Position numbers and translations under genes: made by a program. Below the pieces are notes generated by a model. The model was not told the DNA's origin. It saw nothing but the letters and a program-made list of their open reading frames with translations, and searched no databases. DNA of 63,790 nucleotides, filler included, from Octopus bimaculoides (taxonomy: Eukaryota): assembly GCF_001194135.2 (NCBI RefSeq). It is 7 parts of 7 records of this genome, joined end to end, with 100 filler letters (N's around TTAATTAATTAA, not from the genome) between each part and the next. Parts side by side here need not be neighbours in the genome. Positions count along the whole stretch, not along the records: positions 26,526 to 53,470 come from NC_068982.1; 6 more parts are not named here. One strand, given 5' to 3'. Position 1 is the stretch's first letter. Each line of letters begins with the position of its first letter. Positions 27,770 through 40,464 of this stretch are shown one piece after another.

Positions 27770-28135
27770 CTAATTCTCTTCATATCACATCCTACAGTCA
27801 TGAAAAAATATGGCAGGACACGTTGAAATAACGTAGTGCAGGGTACACTACGTCTAATCAAGGTCAAAAAAGGATGGGATAAGTAACAGCTAGCACCTAA
27901 ATTTTCTTCATATCACATTCTACCGTCAGGAAAAATATAGAAGGACACCTTGAAATAACGCAGTCGCGGGTACGCTATGTCTAAAAAAAAGTCAAAAAGC
28001 GGGCGGGATCGTTACAGCTATTATATTTTACTGTCATGAAAAATATGGAGGGACGCGCTGAAATAATGTAGTCTAGGCTACACCATGTCTAAAAAGAGTA
28101 AATAAAGAACAGGATAGTCAAGGCCGAAACGCTCA
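27770..28135. repeat. Three diverged ~120-bp tandem units
   Basis: Recurring catatcaca..cta..gtca.gaaaaatat.g..ggacac.ttgaaataacg.agt core at about 27775, 27901 and 28021; related single unit near 33145. Confidence 0.8.
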
Positions 28136-28712
28136 ATCAGACATATAGTGCGGAAATAAACGACAGCTACTTCGACAGAACTCACATTACACACACCTCG
28201 CGCAACAGAACATAATTGATACAACAAGAAACAAGTAACTAAACCCCATAAAACAAATTGGTGCAGTACATCAACATGAGGAACCTATACTATCCCCAAA
28301 CCAAACAAAAAGAACATAATTCTGCATACACACCTCATGAATACGGAGGTGCTCCCCGGATGGTGCTATAGAAACTCGCATGAAACTACCGAAGAAAATC
28401 ATTTTCATAATAATAACAATAATACTAATACTATATCTGCATTTTGCTAGTTTCATAACGTGAATTAATCGAAATCGTATAAAAAGGGTGTTGAAGAAAT
28501 CATATATTTCTTATAATGTATTTTTAACTATAGTTTTTATACAACTGGATATAGCAGACAACTATTGTATCACATGGGAAGCAAAATAGACTGGCTTTAT
28601 TCTGGTATGTTGATATTGATTTTAAAAATTGTTTAATTTTATTATTTTATGCCTTTATTTATGTTTATTTTTTTTAATCTTATTTCCGGTTATACAAATT
28701 CCACATGCATAC

Positions 28713-28753
<41 letters not shown>

Positions 28754-30840
28754 ACACACACATACACACACATACACACACACACACATACACACACACA
28801 CATACACACACACACACACATACACACACACACACACACAAGCAATCATCATCGTCTGGTAGCGTGTCCTCTTGGTAAGTCGAATATCATGAGGATAGCT
28901 CCAATGTCATTCATCGTTAACTACGAGTACACGGTAGGATTCCAAACTTTTCAACAGAGGCTGATAGGCCATGGTGGGATTTAAATTCAAATTGTAAGAA
29001 ACCGGAATAAATAACACCAGGCATCTCGTCTGGCTCTCTAACAATTCCTTCCCTTCCACCGCTCCAGATTGGAACTTCATATATCAACCCCCGAAAGGAT
29101 GAATGGTAAAGTCGACATCGGTACGATTTGAACCACAACACAGAGAACTAGAAAAAATACGTAATGCATTTTGTCCAATGCTCTAATATTTCTGCCAATT
29201 AACCACTTTAATTACATTCAATGCAATGAACCAAAGAGGAGATAACTTGTAAGTGTCTTCCCAATCAACTCGAAGTAGGTTGGGAGTCTCATTCAGTCAA
29301 ATCCCAATGTACTATCGTAAAAGAACTAAGACAATGCAAACGTGGCTAGAACGTCGTTTTATCCTAGATTAGATCGTTGAGAGCAAACATGGAGGCTAAA
29401 CAACAACGTTGCTCCGGTTCTTAGAGCACAGAATTCAAATCCTGCGGTGCTCAGTTTCGCCTTTCATTTTTTCGAGACCGATATAATAGCGTTAGTTCAC
29501 ATCAATGGACTGGCGGGATTATTTCAATAGCAGACGAAGTACCCTGTGGTATTTGTTCCAGTTCTTTGCATTCCGGGTTTCTAGGTGGTATACTTAATCC
29601 GTTGTTCACTTTAATGGCGCCAACATTTCCTTGCAGGCTTTTAGTGAGGTTTACTCTCTTGCACCAAGTCTGGCATTTGGCTCTATGATTTCAGAGTTCG
29701 AATATTCAATGTGGTTATGTGTGAAAGATTGTTGTTTGATCCCGTATCATACTTCTCGAAATCTGGAGCTAGAGTCAAAACCCAAGTGGGTGCTCCTTGA
29801 CTGCTCACGTAATGAGCGATGAAGCATAAACGTTTGGTTTGGGATTTAAGTCAAATTGATCTTTCGATAGCTGAACATCTGCGCACGCCACAATTACAGA
29901 GGGTAACAATAGTTCACTAACTGAACTGGTTGATCCTGCCGATCAATTTGTAAAGACACTGGATACCAAGTTGTAGATATGAAGATTGCCATGGAAGATT
30001 GGGACATCTGGTGTGAAATATCAATAGTTACATTGGTCCAAACAGGTTGACCGACCTGGTAGAATAGATGCTCTGTTGCAAGCACTCAAGCCAAGTCTCC
30101 GTTTTGAGGATGACTTTCTCCCTCACTCTTTGGCACCAATCTCATAACATCTGATAAATACAAATGGTCATTGCTATTACACTACATGAAGAAGAGATAA
30201 AAAAAAAGAACACGTAAATACATTGATATGTGTAGATAGCTGTGTATCAACACACCACCTACATTGTCGTATATACACCAATACTTCGGTAAGTATACGT
30301 ACGTACAAATAAACATAGGGATAGACCCCAATATGACACAGATGTGCACAGACAGACATATACATATGTGTGTGTGTGTGTGAAATATATATATATATAA
30401 TACTGAGACACAGACGTATAGATAAAGATCATGCACACATGCTGCACTGTTTTTTACTTTTATTGTTGCTGTCATTGTGGTTATCTCATCCCAAGTTAAC
30501 CTAGCTAACGTCTTACTGCCGTAACTGGAGGGTCGTCACGGCAGAAACAACTTTTCAAGAATATTGCTTCTAGACTAGATTCAATGTGTCCTTCCTTTTT
30601 TAAGGATATGAAGTAGATTTTGCTGCTATTTCTAATAGGCCAAGTGATTACGTAGAGGTTCCTTCATTGGCTTGTACTCACTCAATTGCTAGAGATGATA
30701 TGTTATTATTGTTGTTTAGCCTATGGTCAATTCTTATCGAGTAGAACTAGCAAAGAAATTTCAGTCGTTGCCATCCTGCCTGAAAATATTTTTGAAAAAG
30801 AATTCTGACAGATATTTATGCTCTCAGAGTTTAGACAGCG

Positions 30841-31235
30841 ATAATATTAACAATAATAACATCTGTTGGTCCATAATAGAACACGCATCCTACATTAATT
30901 ATTCCAGAAAATGTTATCTATGTTTGTCAGAGAAGTATAACATTTTACTACAGCTTCTTGAAATCATGAAGAAAATATCGGAATTGATCCAAGGCACATA
31001 ATTGTTGCAAAATGTAGCAGATTTGGCGACAACGCAGAGGCTACCTTGGGTAACACAAGTAAAAAGAAATCCATGATTCAACTCATCTAGAAATTGAGTC
31101 CTGAATACATCTACGATGTTTCGATATGTAATATACAATTGTATTATATAGTACCATTATAAAAAGTACGCATTAATTTGGAATGCTAAAATTAATGATA
31201 TTATATTGAAAAGATTACGAAACGGCTGTAATCAA
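30841..31235 (+). mobile_element. Penelope-like element 3' remnant (GIY-YIG C-terminus)
   Basis: ICWSIIEHASYINYSRKCYLCLSEKYNIL fits the W.I...A..Y....C.LCL.EK pattern of PLE endonuclease C-termini. Confidence 0.6.
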
Positions 31236-31939
31236 ATGGAAATTATATGGAAATAATAAATCTGTATTCACTTCTCGTATCTACTGATTTTATTATCGTT
31301 ATTTGTTCCTCATGGAAATATTTACATTTGTATGACCTGGATATTCGGTTGCATGGTCAAGTTAAACTACATCGTAATTCAATTGCTATATAAACTGATT
31401 GCCAATTTCTTGTGAGGGTCATTACTGTGAGTTAGGTTTGATTCACTAAATCCGTTTTTGTACTATAATTATATGTATGCATGTATACATATATATGTAT
31501 GTATGCAATCTTTAATAACTGTTTGACTCTGTTCCATACAACTTAGTTTCGTAGGCACGTACACCGGCAATTTCATCAGATATCAACAGAAGAGTATAGA
31601 TTTTGAGATAAATTCGAGATGGATTCTAAGTGTTAGGTCTCTGTTGATCAGCTCAAGTCACAACTCCCGGCAAACATCTTGTCCGATTCACTGTGCAACA
31701 AATTTCAGGTTCAAAAAAAGTACAAGTTAAGTAAGACTTGTTTCTGGGTCAAAATATTGTCCTGATTCTGATTCTGACATTTATTTCTCCAGATTAGGCA
31801 CCGTTTTCCTGTACCATGAACCATTTTTTAAATAATATACTGCATAATATTGCGTATTGAAAACACAACATTGCAAATTCTGAAAGTTACAAAAAAAAAA
31901 AATTTAGTTGGTATAACAAAACATATATTGGTTATGTTT

Positions 31940-32192
31940 AACTCCTCCAAAATTTCAGGCCTTGTGCCTTCAGTAGAAAGAGTTATTCGTAATCGGCAGC
32001 TAACAGAATCGTTAGCACGTGGAACAAAATGCTTAGTGACATTTCTTCAAGTTTTATGTTCTGAGTGGGCTGACTCTGACTTTCTTTCATTCGGGATCGA
32101 TAAAATATGTATCACTTGAGCACTGGTGGAGATATAATTGACTATAAACCCCCTGCCTCAAAATTTCAGGCCTTGTGTTTATAGTAGAAGGT
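31940..32192 (+). mobile_element. SINE family A (tail fragment followed by a diverged copy)
   Basis: Two copies of caaaatttcaggccttgtg...tagaa; head cagaatcgttagcac. Confidence 0.7.
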
Positions 32193-32590
32193 ATATATTA
32201 AATGTTACTTGTTTTGATAAAATAATTCAATAAGTTTTGTAATCATGTGTTTAATTTCTTATTCTTTTTTCTTTCTTTTTTTTTTTTTCATTTATAGGAG
32301 TTTGGTTTCGAATCCAAGAACTGTTCATAAATACTTGATGAAACAGACGTTTATATTATGTTTTTATACTACAATATATAACATGATGTGTTATAAAAAT
32401 ATTTTTATGCATACAAAATTTTATGAAAAAGTGAAAACAAAATCAGAGTAATCAGGAATATTAACGAATTGTATTTCTTGGAGAAAAAGCAAAGTTTAGA
32501 AATATAAAGAGACAAGACATACATACATACGTAGATACCTGCATGTTCATACATACATACATACATACATACATACATACATACACACAC

Positions 32591-32674
<84 letters not shown>

Positions 32675-33959
32675 CAGATTTGGAAAATACATCTTGCTTA
32701 AAACAAACCTTATTGATTTTACCATCATTTGAAAAGACTGTAGCAATTGAAAAGAGGAATTAAAATATATGTCACAGTTTAATCGGATTAACTTTGAAAG
32801 TGTAATCACACTTTCCGGGTGGTCTGTCTGGTTTCTTTTCCAGACAGAATGAAAGATTGAAGGAAATAGTAAAAAGAAGAGATTATAAAAATATGGTTTC
32901 ATTATTGATAATATCGATCCTATAATTACCGTCTAATTCCTGGAGTGACGTCTTACGCAAACAGCACTGTTTTTATAAGGTAAACACAGAATTGAAAAAT
33001 AAAGGCGGTAGATGGAGACAAATCCGATTTCTATATTCGGATTTTCATAAACATAATTTTAAATATAACAACCTTCGTAGATGGAATACCTTGCTATATG
33101 TAAACCAACAAATGAGTTTCTACATGTCGCTCGACTTCCTTAAATCTCCCTCTCTCAAATCACATCATACCACCTTAAAAAGAAGAGACATTGGATTACT
33201 TAGTCCATGATATATTATTTCAAAAAGGACAGATGGCCACAATTGGGATATATTTTATCGTAAGTATCCTGAATCAGCATTGGACTGAGGCTAAACAGTA
33301 ACAACAATTTCAATGGATAAGATGCTTGTTACATTCTGCACAACATAGACTCTGGTCTAGCTACAGATGGTTCAAAGCTCATTATTTGTCCTTTCATCTC
33401 ATTTTACAACATTCATTTTATAGTTGACAATTAAGACAGTACATACATACGTACATACATTCACACACATATGCATTAACATATACATACAAACATTGAG
33501 TAGCTTCGTCAATATTGTGCGCGCGCACGTGTCTAAAGTTAATCCCCATAAAAGATTTATTAATCTGAATTTTAAATTTGCTTCCTAACGTTAACCCACA
33601 TCCTGCTAATTCTCATCTTGAACATTTACATCACTGTCATTTCAACAACAACAGCAACATCATTCATTAGCTGCTTAGGTCACTTAATTAACTCCCTTGT
33701 TTCCTCACATTTTTCAAAATCTCTTGAGCATGCATTTTCTTTATAATAAAAATTTTGTGTTTGCAGCTCATTATTTCAATTTCTCATTTCTTGAGAAAGA
33801 AAATAGTAAACGCGAACTGGAAGGATTTTTAGAAATTACCCCCAAATACATGCTTCGATGAAACAAATACTGGAGCAATATTAATTTTTGGTGTATGCTC
33901 AAAAACAATACTTGCACATTGTTTCAAATGGAAGGTAAGAAGAATGTTTTTATGACAAA

Positions 33960-35610
33960 ATGATTATGCGGAAGAATATTAAACGAGATGACACCATCTT
34001 GAAAGCGAAGAATCGTCTAGAAGATTCGAATCTTGAGGTCCGTTTACGACTGATACAGCGAGATACTGAACAAAAAAAACTTCGTCTTGAGCGGCAAATT
34101 GATCAGATACTAGATTTCCAACAAAAGTGCAAGCGAACTAGTGGTGATAGCATAGAAATATACAAAGATTTGGTACTCAATTCTCATTCAAGTTGTATTT
34201 TACCCCCCATTGATTCTGATACAAAATCAGCTCCTTTCAACGACAATATCCCTTCTAAACTTAACCCTTCATCTAAGGATAATTTATCACAGAATCTCAC
34301 AAAGGTGTCACCAGAATATGCAAAACGGCCAAAATTGACAATAAATCAACCGAATACAAATAATGCTCAAAAGCAAAGCTTTCTAAATTCTCAATGCATT
34401 GAATCAGATAAAATAAAACGAACCAAGTATCTAGAATCGTTTAACAGTTGGGTAAATCGTCGAACAATATGCTCAGACCAAAAGGATGTGCCAAGCAAAT
34501 CGATGTATAAAATTGTTTCCAGTATGAAAAGCTTTAAAACATGCGTTAATAATCTAAATTCAAGCAATTCCGATGACGGTCCGACAGTTACATGCACTAC
34601 TCAAGTTGACATGGACAGACATGTGCCGAAACCACTGAAGCGCAATCGTGATACTGGACCTGTGAAAGATTCTTTACTAAATAAACATCTCCCACTACTT
34701 TCAGACACACAAACATCACTGATTAATGTTAAGCTAAAGATTAAAAGCAATGACAAAGAATCAAAGAATATATTGAAGAAAACTACTGACATGTCTTCAG
34801 CTACCCAAGATAAACCAAGAAAGTCAAAAATTAACATAGGGCAAAAAAACACTTTGACTTCACACTCTTTGGAGATCAACAACAAATTTGACTCATACAA
34901 AAATTTGATAAACTTAGGTAAATCCCTGAAGCCTATTGAACAAATACGAACACGAAATGTACCAATGACTCGACATGTGTTTAGTAAATCCCGCGATTCT
35001 GCTGAGACGGCAGCCATTATTGCACAAATTAGTTCTGAATTAAACATACAACATCCATTTGTCTCCGGTGAAAGTGATTTAGAATTTACACAGCAAATGA
35101 ATGGCGATAAACAGAAAACTACGCTCTGCAATAATAAACTACAAGATATGAATTATCGTCAGAATCGTTTCAGGCAGAAAGGAATGTTTCAACCTGAACA
35201 CTTATCAAATAGTGATATGTCGGATGATTCTTGCTCTCAATCATCGATAAGTGAAGACAGTAATTACATTATGTACAAAGGATATAAATTAAAGAATTAT
35301 ATAAAACCACAAGAACGTTTCAGAATAGACCAGGTATCAATGATTCACAAAAAGAAACAGCTTTTGCTAAAGCTTCTGCGAAACCGGCCTTCTGATCCCC
35401 AGAGAAATTCTCTTGATCATAACTTTCTTACGATCGGATTGAACAATGCTTCTTTTACTGAGCCGGCTAAAGAGAAAGCTCTGGAAAGATTAGTCGAAGA
35501 AAATATGGCTAAGTCAGTAGCACCACGGCCGGATATAGATCGATCTGAATTAGATACAAAGATAGAACAGTTTATGGAATCGTTAGAAGGTAACTCTCAT
35601 TATTGCCTTA

Positions 35611-35615
<5 letters not shown>
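33960..35615 (+). CDS. Uncharacterised 551-aa protein: N-terminal coiled coil, S/N/K-rich disordered middle, helical C-terminal region
   Basis: 1656-nt stop-free frame in AT-rich DNA with no microsatellite or TE motifs; A at -3 of the ATG; in-frame stop upstream at 33936; acceptor-like ttttgtgtttgcag ending 33766. The last 8 codons may be intronic (donor AAG|GTAACT at 35590). Confidence 0.85.
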
Positions 35616-35645
<30 letters not shown>

Positions 35646-35823
35646 CGATGACAACAATGACGACAACGACGACGACGATGACAACGTCGAAGACAAGACA
35701 ACGGCAACAAAAAGCTAAAAGAAAAAAGATGAGGATATAGATAGTTACGACAAAGCAGATATCTTCCATATTCAAAATTAGAACAGGACTAATATAACAC
35801 AATTGCAAGACGTTATGGATACA

Positions 35824-36055
35824 AAAGGCGGCGAGCTGGCAGAAACGTTAGCACGCCGGGCGAAATGCTTAGCAGTATTTCGTCTGCCGCTACGTTCTGA
35901 GTTCAAATTCCGCCGAGGTCGACTTTGCCTTTCATCCTTTCGGGGGCGATAAATAAAGTACCAGTTGCACACTGGGGTCGATGTAATCGACCTAGTCCGT
36001 TTGTCTGTACTTGTTTGTCCCCTCTATGTTTAGCCCCTTGTGGGCAATAAAAAAT
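35824..36055 (+). mobile_element. Young SINE family A variant with 17-bp TSD
   Basis: Perfect TSD aagacgttatggataca at 35807-35823 and 36056-36072; 3' tail differs from other A copies. Confidence 0.93.
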
Positions 36056-36238
36056 AAGACGTTATGGATACAGCTTTTCTTCCCTATTTTAGAAACACAG
36101 CAAATTTGTAAACTTTTCTCACTCATCTAACAACAATATAATGCTGTACATATGTGAGGCGGGTTTATGTATGCAAGTATACATATATACATTTATACAT
36201 GTGTGTATATATGGATATAATAAATACACACACATACA

Positions 36239-36516
36239 CAGCAATGCCTCGATATACGAGTTAATTTGTCCCCGGAGATCGCTCGTAAAGCGAAAACTCG
36301 TAAAGCAGAGCGATAATTTCCCATGGTAGCAATGGCATTTTATGCCGTCATTTTATTCCATCGCTGTGTAGACGCATCAGAACGAGTGTTGCCACATGTT
36401 GTGACGTTGCCACACACACACACAATGGTTGTTTAACCTTTTTATATTTATGATAAAACAAAACTCGTAAACCCGGGGTCTCGTAAAGTGGCCTCTCGTA
36501 AAGTGAGGCATTACTA
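36239..36516. mobile_element. pogo/Tigger-like MITE
   Basis: TIRs cagcaatgcctcgatatacgag and ctcgtaaagtgaggcattacta; TA at the right flank; internal ctcgtaaa repeats. Confidence 0.75.
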
Positions 36517-36535
36517 TATGTATGTGTGTGTGTAC

Positions 36536-36616
<81 letters not shown>

Positions 36617-36623
36617 TATATAT

Positions 36624-36677
<54 letters not shown>

Positions 36678-37235
36678 TACTCTGTATATTACATGAATAA
36701 GACAATATGAGATACTGATAAAACTGTGATTATGCATTTATTATACAAAACAAACAAGCATGTACGTGCATTCATTGTGTATAATTAAACCATGTCTATT
36801 TAAATAAACTTCAGCATTTTTATCTGAGTCATCAAATTTTTACGACAGTTTATAGCTTTAGATAAAACAGCATTTAAATATATTTGAAATATCGTGTATA
36901 GAGGCACAGGTGTTTCAGTTAATACTGTTCAAATAGTGTTAGCATTGAATGACAAAATCTACTTCAGAGGCTATTGAACTCAGAATGTAAAGGGACATTA
37001 CAAAAGGCGGCAAGGCATTTCTCCTCTACTCTACTTGTTCTGCAACTTACCGCCATTTTAATTAAGACATTTGGTAACATAGTAAATGTTCTCAAATCTT
37101 ATGTAACAGTAATATACTGCCTCTGTTCAAGTAACTTTTTTTTTCCCTTATCAAATCTGGAAGGATGGAAATCAACTGAACCTTCGGTGGAATTTGAAGG
37201 TATTTTGGCTGGCTCTTAACATAATAATAATAATA

Positions 37236-37289
<54 letters not shown>

Positions 37290-37291
<2 letters not shown>

Positions 37292-37419
37292 CCTTTCTAC
37301 TAAAGGCACAAGGCCTGACAGCTGGTACTTATTTCATCGTACCGTCAAAGGATGAAAGTTAAAGTCGCCCTCGGCGGAATTTGAACTCAGAACGTAAAGA
37401 CGGACGAAATACCGCTTAA
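37290..37419 (-). mobile_element. SINE family A, head missing, (ATT)n tail on the left
   Basis: Reverse complement of the family A body; stops at (AAT)n next to the LINE. Confidence 0.8.
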
Positions 37420-37429
37420 TAATAATAAT

Positions 37430-37850
37430 GATATAGACCAGATATAGTTGTCAAAGATCATGAAGGAAAAAAATGCTTTCTAATTGATGTATCAATACCA
37501 GCAGATGACAACGTTTCTCTAAAAGAAATGGAAAAACTTTCAAAATACAAAGACCTGGAAATAGAGGTAACTCGAATGTGGTATCTAAAAACAGAAACAA
37601 TTCCTATCATAGTAGGTGCCTTAGGTATAATAAAAAAAATATTCAGACAAGTACATAACAAAAACACCAGGACTTACAAATATATAAAACATACAGAAAA
37701 TTGCACTACTGGGCACTGCACACATCCTTCGTAAAACACTTTCAATACAGTAACCATAAGATCACCACAGCAAACCACAGCACATACCCAAGGCACACAG
37801 CGCTGCGCTCGGTAGTGAAGTGAAAGCACGTTATAAAAATAAAACTACTG
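37430..37850 (+). mobile_element. 5'-truncated Dong-like RLE LINE
   Basis: RPDIVVKDHEGKKCFLIDVSIPADDNVSLKEMEKLSKYKDLEIEV...IIVGALG...IALLGTAHILRKTLSIQ* (PD-(D/E)xK endonuclease); (AAT)n on both flanks. Confidence 0.9.
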
Positions 37851-37856
37851 AACAAC

Positions 37857-37922
<66 letters not shown>

Positions 37923-38934
37923 AAGAAGAAGAAGAAGAAGAAGAAGAAGAAGAAGAAGAAGAAGAAGAACGGTTTAAAATTTTTGCCACAAGGCCAGCAA
38001 TTTCGGAGGAGGGGATAAGTTGATTATACCGACTTAATTGCGATAGAAACTAGTTCTTTACGACGGTAAAATGCATATTAATTGGCTGAACTTATTTGGG
38101 TCTCAGCATTTTCAATACTCATTAAGTTGTCAACCATTCACTCAATTTTGTTCATCCAAACGGTGATAGCATCCAAACACATAGAAAAGCGATGGATAAT
38201 CACCAAGGAAGAACTTAAGCGACAATGTTGGACTGGTAATGATTTATGCATATCATATCTTTACGAGCATGTGTAGCGAAGCAAATTTAGAGATCGTGAA
38301 AAACTATTCACGAGGCTCATTTCGTGCTTCAATGGCTGTAGTATTTTCTTGTAAATGGGATTATTTTCATCTTATATTAAATAGAGGTACAGTTTTCGTG
38401 TTATATTGAATATATGTACATTCTGTACGCTGGTTATCTCAGACACACTCAGCCTGGAATTATGGGATGTCACTGCCATCTCTTCTGCTTCCTATCGCAA
38501 ATTTACTTTCATTTTTTTAGGACAATTTACTTTCACTTTTAAACAACGTAATCTACACATACGCACAACACACCTTTCACTTTGATAGCTACCTGATGTA
38601 GCAATTATGGCTTTGCTAAGGGAGATAGCGCCTTGAAATAATCACGCTTACAGTGAACTACCGTTAATTCTGCTAGTGTATTTAAGACATTGTCACTCCA
38701 TCACCATTTCGTTCCAGGTTCGATCTCATTTCAAGGTATCTCAATCGTGTATATTCTACTGTGTATCAAAATGGTCGATATTTTATGGATGGGATTTTGT
38801 TGAGAGAACCTGTATGAATGTTAGTTATTCAGTTTTCTTTCTAGATTTTTTTGCCAATAGAGTAAGAGCCAGTTTCTAAACTTGATTCAAAGTACCGTTA
38901 TTGGAATTTTAAACAACATCAATAAGATATTTGT

Positions 38935-40415
38935 GTATGTTTGTGTATGTATGTGCAACATTTGGAGTCGATACATGTGCAAACTTCTATGTTTTGTTTT
39001 ATGTATGTATTCTCATGCATAAGGTTGCATGTCTAGACATTCGCATATATACTTAAATGCTAAACTTCTGGGAAATTTTACATATTTTTGCCAGTTCTAT
39101 CGATGGATTTAATCCATAATCTTTCAATTAGCTTTCTTCTTTCTGGTTTGGAGAAGCCTAATTTCTCAAGACTGGTGCGTAGGCAGTTTGTTACATGTCC
39201 TAGTTCCCTAATAATTACAGATATAAACCTGAGCTTGTAATCTGTAAATTTCTCGACTGTTCAGCGTAGGTGTTTTCTTTCTGTCTGTTGTATTGACATC
39301 CGCTGTCCCAAATCACTGTCTGGTCTATTATGCTCACATTTTATTGAAACTTTCACTGGGACATCGCGCCTGCGCTCTTTCATATTATGAGTGGCTATGA
39401 CTTCTGTCATACTGCCCGTTCTTATCTCTTTGGCGTTAGTATTATCCTTCTGACGGATTTCATTGCATAGTGTCTTGGCTACAACATCATGTTTCATCGG
39501 CAGATAATAACGTGATAACATTTTTGGACAACTGCTTATGGTGCTAGTCATATCTTCACTACACAAAGTCTGCATCGGTAATCACATTTTCGTGTTTTTC
39601 CTGCAGCTCTGTCCCTTTTATGCTTTAAGTATTTGATAGCTCTTTTCTGTTTCTGGATTGAAAATACATATCCTTCAAAGTAGGAGTCAGTAATCCGGTT
39701 GTTGGTCCGTGATAGACTGATTTAATTATCAATGTTACTGTTAACCTGTTAACATATCCATGCACCTGATGACACGTTAGCGTAGAGTCTTCTTTGGGCA
39801 TGTATTCTAGGTTAAAAGACAGAGAACGTTGCTCGAGAAACTGCTCACCAAGTCTCATGATGTTACCTGCCTCATGTATGCAAACTTGGTCAAGGGATGC
39901 ACTTCGACACTTGATAAGTTAAGTGAAGTTGCCGAAGGGATATGATTTGACATTCGTAGGCAGTCTGGATCGATGTTAATCCTCTGCGTCCTTGTTTTCG
40001 TTTTAGGTAGGTGTGGTCCAGTCACTGTTGATGTGAAAATTATTTGTGCTGGTCAGTATCTTCCGGGTTTTCACATCAGTGACTCGGATCTGACCAAGCA
40101 TCAAATCAAGTAGCCCAAATGTTTGTACTGGTACTGCAAACACATTGTGGGCCACTTGTTTATTGAATGCAGAATGTTCAAAGGTCCATATTTTCTTTAT
40201 CCAGCTGTAATATTCATTAGTGACACGTGCCTTTTTTATCTACCCCTAAGTACCTGTACCATTCCTTATCAGGTAAAGGAGAAACAGTTAAGCCATTGAT
40301 GGAGACGCTGCTAGTCTGGTTTATAGTTTTCCTTCGTTTCACAACCACATAGCAACATTTATCCTGACCAAACTCCAGCCCTATACCCCTTGAGAATGCC
40401 GTAACATTTGAGAAT
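38935..40415 (-). mobile_element. R4-type RLE LINE copy 2 (RT thumb to endonuclease, decayed)
   Basis: EFGQDKC, SINGLTVSP, KRKQGRRGL, SSCPKMLSRYYLPMKHDVVAK, HNRPD; stop near 39053; (ACAT)n tail. Confidence 0.85.
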
Positions 40416-40464
40416 GTATGTATGTATGCATGTATGTGTGAGTGTGCGCGTATGTATGTTTGTA

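Noticed and set aside
29640-29760. Minus-strand TTLNIRTLKS resembling the start of an RTE APE endonuclease
   Set aside because: Only one short motif; too decayed to support
34601-35131. 176-aa antisense ORF
   Set aside because: Shadow of the 551-aa ORF, with no independent motif
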